The translations under genes and the position numbers were made by a program. Below, one piece after another: positions 58,027-64,000 of a DNA stretch of 64,000 nucleotides. Every line of letters starts with the position of its first letter. The stretch's first letter is position 1. The notes under the pieces were generated by a model, which was not told where the DNA came from, searched no databases, and worked only from the letters and a program-made list of their open reading frames with translations. The DNA is from Patescibacteria group bacterium (lineage in GTDB: Bacteria > Patescibacteriota > Patescibacteriia > Veblenbacterales > UBA10138): assembly GCA_041645215.1 (NCBI GenBank), contig JBAZQK010000006.1, positions 12,116 to 76,115 on the forward strand, read 5' to 3'.

Positions 58027-58812
58027 ATGTTAGATTACTTAGAAGCTGATATAGCTGGCAAAAAACGAATTTGCCAAACATTGATAGACGTCAAGGCGTT
58101 AATTTTTGGTAAAATTATTCCTTCCATAAATGTTTCGCCGTTCTATGTGGAAACACGATGGTTATTCTCTAACCCAAAAACTTTGCGTATTATAACTGAA
58201 GAAATGGCTAAGATAATTAAGCAATTAGATGTTGACTTAATCGCTGGTTGTGAGTTTGCCGGTGTACCCATTGCTTCTGCACTATCGCTCGAAACCAATT
58301 TGTCAGCAGTTTATTTGCGTAAAAAACCCAAAGAATATGGCAGTAAAAGCGCGATTGTAGGTAAGGTAAGTGGTAGCCAAGCAATTCTAATTGATGACGC
58401 CTCTGGCAGGGGAATAGGTAAAGAACAATTTGCTAAATATTTGGAAGAGGCGGAAGTAAGGGTAACCGATATGCTGGTAATTTATTGGACCGGCCATCCG
58501 CTGGTGCCTTGGTATGCTGAAAATAATGTTAAACACCATCAGTTAATTGAGTTTGAAGATTTTGCCCATTATGCTTATAAGGTTGGTTATATATCACAAA
58601 CGCTGCATGATATGATATGGGATTGGTGGAAAGATTATAATATAGAAAAACGGTCTTTTGATTGGAAACGCTGGGATATGGTTTTTACTCAGGCTAAAAA
58701 AGAAGGTTTTGAAATATTTAATGAGAGTCAATCATATGAAGATATGGTGGCGGACGCCAAAAGACTGGGTAAATGGATAGAACCGCCAGCAGGAAAATAT
58801 GAATATATATAA
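58027..58812 (+). CDS. Type I phosphoribosyltransferase, PyrE-like paralog 2
   Basis: SPFYVE.R, IAGCEFAGVP, YLRKKPKEYG, LIDDASGRG. Confidence 0.88.
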   Translation: MLDYLEADIAGKKRICQTLIDVKALIFGKIIPSINVSPFYVETRWLFSNPKTLRIITEEMAKIIKQLDVDLIAGCEFAGVPIASALSLETNLSAVYLRKKPKEYGSKSAIVGKVSGSQAILIDDASGRGIGKEQFAKYLEEAEVRVTDMLVIYWTGHPLVPWYAENNVKHHQLIEFEDFAHYAYKVGYISQTLHDMIWDWWKDYNIEKRSFDWKRWDMVFTQAKKEGFEIFNESQSYEDMVADAKRLGKWIEPPAGKYEYI

Positions 58813-58815
58813 ATT

Positions 58816-58842
58816 CAAGCCCTCCAGAAAAAGGAGGGCTTG
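58816..58842. terminator. Hairpin between convergent genes
   Basis: CAAGCCCTCC-AGAAAAA-GGAGGGCTTG. Confidence 0.65.
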
Positions 58843-58858
58843 TGTTAATTGTTTTTTG

Positions 58859-59467
58859 TTACGAAATTAGAAAGTTTATAGCATCATCAACTTGATGTAG
58901 ACCAAAAAATTGGAACCAGGTTGTGTCTTTGTGAAGGCCATATAATTTCATTATTAACGCTACAGTCTCAATCTCCCAACCAAGTAATGCTATATTGCGG
59001 AAGTTACCTTCCTTACCCCAACCTTTTACGTTATAGGTCAGAATCGGAATCAAATGCGCCAAGGTACCTTCCCTACCGGCAAAAAAACAATATGATTTTG
59101 ACAATGATGCCCAAATAGCTAGACGATTTGACCAGCTGGTCATTTTTTTACATTTTTCAAAGACTCCACCGCCTAACGTGGTTATTACTGCATCCGCAGT
59201 TGGTCCAAAATTAATATATGGCGAGGTTTTAAATTTTACATCACCATGGTCCTTAATTTCAGTCTCATGACAAATACAGGCTACGCCGGTATCTTCCAGT
59301 ACTTTTACAAAACCGCCGTAGGCACCAAGCGATACGCCCCAGCCCTCTTTGTTGAGTAAATTACCTAGTTTGGTTGCTGCTTCTTTTGCTGGACCTTCAG
59401 GGTCTCTATCTCCTTGAAGAAAAACCAAGGGAATTTCATAAATCTGTTGATCAATTAGATTAGCCAA
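58859..59467 (-). CDS. LOG/SLOG-like protein (divergent)
   Basis: QGDRDPEGP, LGAYGGFVKVLE shared with 56471-57133; FAGREGTLAHL; GGAGG upstream of TTG start. Confidence 0.65.
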   Translation of the reverse strand: MANLIDQQIYEIPLVFLQGDRDPEGPAKEAATKLGNLLNKEGWGVSLGAYGGFVKVLEDTGVACICHETEIKDHGDVKFKTSPYINFGPTADAVITTLGGGVFEKCKKMTSWSNRLAIWASLSKSYCFFAGREGTLAHLIPILTYNVKGWGKEGNFRNIALLGWEIETVALIMKLYGLHKDTTWFQFFGLHQVDDAINFLIS

Positions 59468-59582
59468 TTTTTAACCTCCGTTGTTTGTTGATATTTGTTT
59501 GTGTTTAGTGCGGGAATTTATTTTTTTTTAACAATGTAGTATAATTCATTTATTGATTCTTGTCAATAACTTATGGCAACTT

Positions 59583-60260
59583 ATGGCAAATGAAGCAATT
59601 CTTAAAGCGCTAGAAGGTGTTACGCATATCTTGGGGCCGATTACAAGAAAAGATGGCATGATCTTACCTTTGCTTATTGATACTGTGCCGCTTATGTTTC
59701 AACCAGCATCATTTAAGTTATTGATTGAAGAGTTGAGTAAAGAAGTTAAACAAATGGATATAGAAGTGGTAGCGGGAGGAGTAACAATAGGTGTGCCATT
59801 AGCGGCCGGAGTAGCTTTAACAGTGGGTAAAAAATTTGCTGTGGTTCGTAAAGAACCAAAAGGCTACAGCCAAAAGCGAGTAGTTGACGGTAGCATAGAG
59901 CAACTAGACAGAGTAGTTTTACTTGATGATTTTTATGTCAACGGAGAAATGAAAGAATTATTTATATCCCATCTGGCTGGTGTTGGCGGTGCAGTGACTG
60001 ATATTTTGTCGGTTGGCCTCTTGAGTGAAAAGTTACTACGTGATTGGCTATTAAAATTTCCTAATATCCGGGTTCATTATCTGGCTACTTACGTAGATAT
60101 GAGCCGGAGATTAATGAATCGGGGAATAATAAGTCCTAAATTAAACGAAGTGGTAGAGTATTTTGTAACAGATCCATATAATTGGCAGAAAAATAAGGAA
60201 ATATGGAATATGTTTAATAGCCTTCTTCCAACCGAACCATTATCAAAAACATGCTTATGA
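59583..60260 (+). CDS. Type I phosphoribosyltransferase, PyrE-like paralog 3
   Basis: VAGGVTIGVP, VRKEPKGY, VVLLDDFYVNG; start moved to ATG 59583. Confidence 0.88.
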   Translation: MANEAILKALEGVTHILGPITRKDGMILPLLIDTVPLMFQPASFKLLIEELSKEVKQMDIEVVAGGVTIGVPLAAGVALTVGKKFAVVRKEPKGYSQKRVVDGSIEQLDRVVLLDDFYVNGEMKELFISHLAGVGGAVTDILSVGLLSEKLLRDWLLKFPNIRVHYLATYVDMSRRLMNRGIISPKLNEVVEYFVTDPYNWQKNKEIWNMFNSLLPTEPLSKTCL

Positions 60261-60949
60261 TTAACCAAGCAAACAAGCTAGCGCTTTTAGAGGCCTATCA
60301 AAATGTGCGCGAATATTTTAAAGGTCCAATTTATCGCGGCGATGGGGCGGTTGTGCCTTTTACCATAGATTCTCGGCCTTTGCAATGGCAGCCCAAATCA
60401 GCCAAGTTAATAGTTAAATTATTGGCGCACGAGGCCAGTAAGTTCAAACCACAGGCCATTGCCGGCGGGTTAACCGGCGGAGCCTTATGGGGAGTACAAG
60501 TAGCTAATAAGTTAAATTTGCCTTTTATATTGGTACGCAAGCAACCGCGTGGCCGCAGTATTGACCGCGGGTTAATTGAAGGTGAATTAGTTAAGGGTCG
60601 CCGCGTGGTCGTAATTGATGATTCCTTAATTTCCGGAGAAACAGCCAGTAAATTTGCGCAAACTATTAAAAAAGCAAAATTTACCATTATTGGTTGTGTA
60701 GTTATACAGATTATGAATTTGGGCTATATAAAAAAATGGGAAGGGATAAATAAAATTCCGGTAAAATATCTGCTCAGTTACAAGGAACAGGCTGACAATT
60801 TTTATAAACGAGGATTGATTGATAAAGAGCTAAGATATTTATTGTATAAATTCATTGCTAAACCCTATACTTGGCATAAAAATAAATCGGATTATAAAAT
60901 TTTTGAGCGTCGCCTGGCTAAACAAAAAGTTTGGCGAGTAGTGAAATAA
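60251..60949 (+). CDS. Type I phosphoribosyltransferase, PyrE-like paralog 4
   Basis: PFTIDSR, IAGGLTGG, VRKQPRG, VVIDDSLISGET. Confidence 0.88.
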   Translation: MLMINQANKLALLEAYQNVREYFKGPIYRGDGAVVPFTIDSRPLQWQPKSAKLIVKLLAHEASKFKPQAIAGGLTGGALWGVQVANKLNLPFILVRKQPRGRSIDRGLIEGELVKGRRVVVIDDSLISGETASKFAQTIKKAKFTIIGCVVIQIMNLGYIKKWEGINKIPVKYLLSYKEQADNFYKRGLIDKELRYLLYKFIAKPYTWHKNKSDYKIFERRLAKQKVWRVVK

Positions 60950-60975
60950 TTTATCAATTCTGCTAATATAGATAT

Positions 60976-61605
60976 ATGCCATCACAAATTGGAACAGTTC
61001 CGGGAACAGTTATTCGCGAAGGCGGGGTTGAGAATAAATCCGGTCTGGTGTCGGTGCGGCCGGGGGTGGCTACCGGTGAAGTTGAATTTGAAACTAACGG
61101 CTTGGTAGTGTCTATTTCCGGCGGGGGGAGCTTACCGCAAGGCCATCCGATTTGCTATGAAGTAGAAAAGTTAGCCCTTGGGATAGCCTCCCGGGGCGGG
61201 GTGCTGGTTAACGGCGGCGAGAATAACGGCACGATGTTGGCTGTTACCAGCGTCGCCCGCGAGTATACTTTGGGTATTCATTGTCCATATCACCAAGAAA
61301 TTCCCTTTGGAACTATGGCGGTAGTGAATTCTTACCAAACCCGTAAAATGCTTATTTCGATTATGCCTTATGTTGTAGTATTCCCCGGACAAGTCGGCAC
61401 GATGGATGAACTTATGACCTGCATTGGCTGGATTAAATCATTATTCAAGCAAAATGGCGTGCCGCCGCAGTTATTTGTGCACACTTACTGGTGGGACGTA
61501 ATAGATTTGTTGAATAAAAAAGGCGCTATTCAGGATAATGTTTGGCAGCATATCAAACAATTTAACGAAGTAGATGAAATCCTCAAACAAATCCAAACTA
61601 CTTAA
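60976..61605 (+). CDS. LOG-family protein (putative nucleotide phosphoribohydrolase)
   Basis: LVNGGENNGTM, TRK, FPGQVGTMDEL (LOG motif PGGxGTxxE). Confidence 0.8.
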   Translation: MPSQIGTVPGTVIREGGVENKSGLVSVRPGVATGEVEFETNGLVVSISGGGSLPQGHPICYEVEKLALGIASRGGVLVNGGENNGTMLAVTSVAREYTLGIHCPYHQEIPFGTMAVVNSYQTRKMLISIMPYVVVFPGQVGTMDELMTCIGWIKSLFKQNGVPPQLFVHTYWWDVIDLLNKKGAIQDNVWQHIKQFNEVDEILKQIQTT

Positions 61606-62281
61606 ACTAATAGCTTTGCATCCGCAAATTATAAATTGGGGGCCAACTTTGCATTCCCAAGGTTTTTTAGTACCATATTATTTTAATTTTCGCTCAGCTG
61701 GCGCTTTGCCGAAATTACGTAAGGCTTTGGTGGCGGAATTGATAAATGAAATAAAAAAATACAAAATAGATGTAATTGCCGGCGTTGAATCAGCCGGTAT
61801 GGGTTGGGCTGCTATAGTGGCGGATAGATTAAATAAACCGTATGTTTATGTACGTAAAGAAAGAAAAAAATTTTTAAACCGACGCATAGTGGAGGGTTGC
61901 TTTAAGCCGGGTGCTAGAGCCGTACTGATTGATGATACTATTTTGCTGGGTAAAACTATAAGAAGTATGGCCATGGGCGCTAAGCGCGATAAATTGCAAA
62001 TTACTAATATTTTGCTGCTTTATACAGCCCAACCGTCAGTCGCAATCTATACTACATTGTCGCGCTGGCTCAACAAACAACATATAGCTATAAAAGCTTT
62101 ACTGAGTAAAATTGAACTAAGCGATTTATTTATCAAACAAGGCACATTGATTCCTGAGATCGTAGAGCTTAATAATATGTACATGATAAATCCCTATGGT
62201 TGGCATAAATTGCGTCGCGCGCAAAAATTGCTACTAATTTTACGCAAACATAAACGTAAATTTAGGCCTGCCGGATTATAA
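61574..62281 (+). CDS. Type I phosphoribosyltransferase, PyrE-like paralog 5
   Basis: PYYFNFR, IAGVESAG, YVRKERK, VLIDDTILLGKT. Confidence 0.88.
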   Translation: MKSSNKSKLLKLIALHPQIINWGPTLHSQGFLVPYYFNFRSAGALPKLRKALVAELINEIKKYKIDVIAGVESAGMGWAAIVADRLNKPYVYVRKERKKFLNRRIVEGCFKPGARAVLIDDTILLGKTIRSMAMGAKRDKLQITNILLLYTAQPSVAIYTTLSRWLNKQHIAIKALLSKIELSDLFIKQGTLIPEIVELNNMYMINPYGWHKLRRAQKLLLILRKHKRKFRPAGL

Positions 62282-62282
62282 T

Positions 62283-62319
62283 AAAAAGTCAGATGCCTAT
62301 ATAAGCCTTCTGACTTTTT
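62283..62319. terminator. Probable bidirectional terminator
   Basis: AAAAAGTCAGA...TCTGACTTTTT between convergent genes. Confidence 0.7.
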
Positions 62320-62338
62320 GAACGTTTTGCTTAATTTT

Positions 62339-62647
62339 TTACCATTCGTTATATCTGGGCAATTCGTCGATTATCCAGTTTCTGTTTTTACCGACCTTAA
62401 CCAGAACATACTGAAAAATCATACTAACGATAAACAGCAACACGCCCAGGACAACCAAGTTGCTAATTACTGATTTTAACAGTAAAAAAATTATCAGTAC
62501 TAATCCGCCCAGAAATAACGAAAAAAGTATATATTTTAAAGGATGCGGATGTTTTATTTTTTTTTCATCTTCAGCTAAACAAGTTAAACCCCGAAGAATA
62601 GGTATGCACATACCTATAAAGGCTATTAACAGGTGTTCAATTCTCAT
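62339..62647 (-). CDS. Small three-TM membrane protein
   Basis: Hydrophobic helices; GGAGG upstream. Confidence 0.65.
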   Translation of the reverse strand: MRIEHLLIAFIGMCIPILRGLTCLAEDEKKIKHPHPLKYILFSLFLGGLVLIIFLLLKSVISNLVVLGVLLFIVSMIFQYVLVKVGKNRNWIIDELPRYNEW

Positions 62648-62837
62648 TTTAATCCTCCAACGATGTTTGTTTTATGGACTAAAGTTTAGCGCTGCTGTAT
62701 ATTATGTCAAGTGGCAATGGATGTCGGTAGAAAAATTCCAATTGGCGCCGTTGGCGCCCGTTGAACTTACAGAATTGTTTTCACAGCTTGATAGAGGGTA
62801 TAATAAAAGAGTTAATTATTATGTAATTAATTATTTA

Positions 62838-63040
62838 CCCACGCACCAGTCCCGCTTAACGGGACGGTGCAGGGTTTCGCTCCACGAAACCATGTACCCC
62901 AAGACGCCATGGCCGTGAGGCCCGCCTGCCTAAGCCTATACCCAATAAGCCTGTGCTACCGAACAGCAATTCGCACTTTATTTTAAGATTCGCTGATTGC
63001 AAGAGGCCGATGGCGGGCAGGTCGTGGAGCTTCACTTCAT
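62838..63040. repeat. Composite REP-like palindromic region
   Basis: CCCACGCACCAGTCC shared with ~2526; GGCCCGCCTGCCTAAGCCTATACC (62919-62942) identical to 17113-17136. Confidence 0.7.
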
Positions 63041-63052
63041 TACTCACCTAAT

Positions 63053-63328
63053 ATGAGTCAAAAAACTTTACGTTTGGAAATATTGGAAAAGGTGTCGCAA
63101 TTGGCCACGGCCGGGTTTGGTTTGGTGGCGGCCTTGGCCTGGAACGACGCCATTCAGACGCTGTTTAAAGAGCTGTTTGGCGCGCAGTCCGCTGTCTGGG
63201 CCAAATTTGCTTATGCTCTGCTTATTACCGCCTTAGTAGTCATAATAACGTATAAACTGGGTAATATTATTAACAAACTTAAAGAGCAGTTGTCCGCTAA
63301 AGATGATTCTTCGGATAAACAAGGCTAA
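63053..63328 (+). CDS. Small membrane protein (DUF5654-like)
   Basis: LATAGFGLVAALAWNDAIQ..F, YALLIT. Confidence 0.8.
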   Translation: MSQKTLRLEILEKVSQLATAGFGLVAALAWNDAIQTLFKELFGAQSAVWAKFAYALLITALVVIITYKLGNIINKLKEQLSAKDDSSDKQG

Positions 63329-63396
63329 TCAAATTTTTAATTTATTGGTATTTATAAAACCTTGGCTGGTGGCGCGGTTAATTAGCCATTATATTA

Positions 63397-64000
63397 ATGA
63401 AGCAATATAAAATAGCTGAACCGATAAACAATGCCGCGATAGCGGCTTTTGCCGAACTTGAGCCGGTGATTTTGCAGCTGCTGTGGAATCGCGGTTTGCG
63501 AACCCAATCCGACATTGACGCTTACTTGCACCCCGAATGGTCGCGGGATGTTCATAGTCCGTATCTTTTTCAGGATATGAATTTGGCCGTGGAAAGAATT
63601 TATGAAAGTTTAGGCCGGGGTGACACTATTGGCGTATTTGGCGATTATGATGCCGACGGCGTATCGGCCGCGGTTATTATTACCTCAACGCTTGATAAAT
63701 TGGGAGCTAAAACGCGAATTTATCTGCCACATCGCGAACGCGAAGGGTATGGTTTAAATAAAAATGCCCTTACCTATCTACAACAGCAAGGTGCGTCGTT
63801 GATAATTACTTGCGATTGCGGCATATCCAATATTGAACAGATTGAGTTTGCTAACAGTCTTGGCTTGGACGTAATAGTTACTGACCATCATCAGGCGCCG
63901 GATAAACTGCCGCCGGCTTATGCCATTATTCACTGCGGGTTAACACAAGAAACTTATCCGTTCAAATTTCTTTCCGGCGGCGGCGTGGCGTTTAAATTAA
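63397..64000 (+). CDS. recJ: Single-stranded DNA exonuclease RecJ (partial, runs off window)
   Basis: Hand translation: LL.NRG, FGDYDADG, PHREREGYGL, TCDCGI, VTDHH, LSGGGVAFK. Confidence 0.95.
   Translation, partial: MKQYKIAEPINNAAIAAFAELEPVILQLLWNRGLRTQSDIDAYLHPEWSRDVHSPYLFQDMNLAVERIYESLGRGDTIGVFGDYDADGVSAAVIITSTLDKLGAKTRIYLPHREREGYGLNKNALTYLQQQGASLIITCDCGISNIEQIEFANSLGLDVIVTDHHQAPDKLPPAYAIIHCGLTQETYPFKFLSGGGVAFKL

Noticed and set aside
366-61392. Numerous short antisense or alternate-frame ORFs inside identified genes
   Set aside because: They are shadows of well-supported coding sequences and have no motifs of their own
57195-62281. De novo pyrimidine operon (pyrE)
   Set aside because: No pyrB/C/D/F nearby, five divergent copies, and non-canonical PRPP loops
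62460-63047. ORFs 62460-62918 (+) and 62856-63047 (-)
   Set aside because: The first shadows a better-supported membrane gene and both run through repeat DNA
1-64000. Alternative genetic code (UGA=Gly), rRNA/tRNA genes, prophage or transposase
   Set aside because: rpsI and other genes end properly at TGA and conserved genes are uninterrupted in code 11; no RNA-gene, phage or transposase signature was recognised by eye

Overview
The window looks like chromosomal DNA from a Patescibacteria/CPR (Parcubacteria-like) bacterium using genetic code 11. This assignment is inferred from the short AlaRS, RpoA without alpha-CTD, mostly Shine-Dalgarno-free starts, dense palindromic repeats and near-total + strand coding. 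Backbone genes: mnmA, alaS, infA-rpmJ-rpsM-rpsK-rpsD-rpoA-rplQ-rplM-rpsI, a surface-glycan locus, mreB, holB, frr, rseP, rrf2-sod-sufCBDSU and a partial recJ. Best candidate for an undescribed system (29.5-46.9 kb): seven paralogs that each fuse a divergent ~380-400 aa N-terminal domain to a PEP-utilizer phospho-histidine swivel domain, plus one His->Tyr relic and a single stand-alone PPDK_N/ATP-grasp gene. This resembles a split, modular rifampin-phosphotransferase-like dikinase. It is interleaved with two HAD phosphatases, a histidine phosphatase, a ParB-fold (SbnI/SerK-like) protein, an MtxX-like protein, an M29 peptidase and a TrpR-like gene bracketed by identical 26-bp palindromes. A second paralog array (54.5-62.3 kb) has five divergent PyrE-like phosphoribosyltransferases, three LOG-like proteins, a PfkB kinase and an MtnK-like kinase. 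Also notable: tandem ~143-bp hairpin elements stacked at the TATG start codons of rpmJ and rplQ, a 177-bp MITE inserted in frame into a membrane gene, an AT-hook at the RpoA C-terminus, and a T9SS-type C-terminal domain protein. All protein calls come from motif recognition by eye; no searches were run. No rRNA, tRNA, CRISPR array or transposase was recognised.
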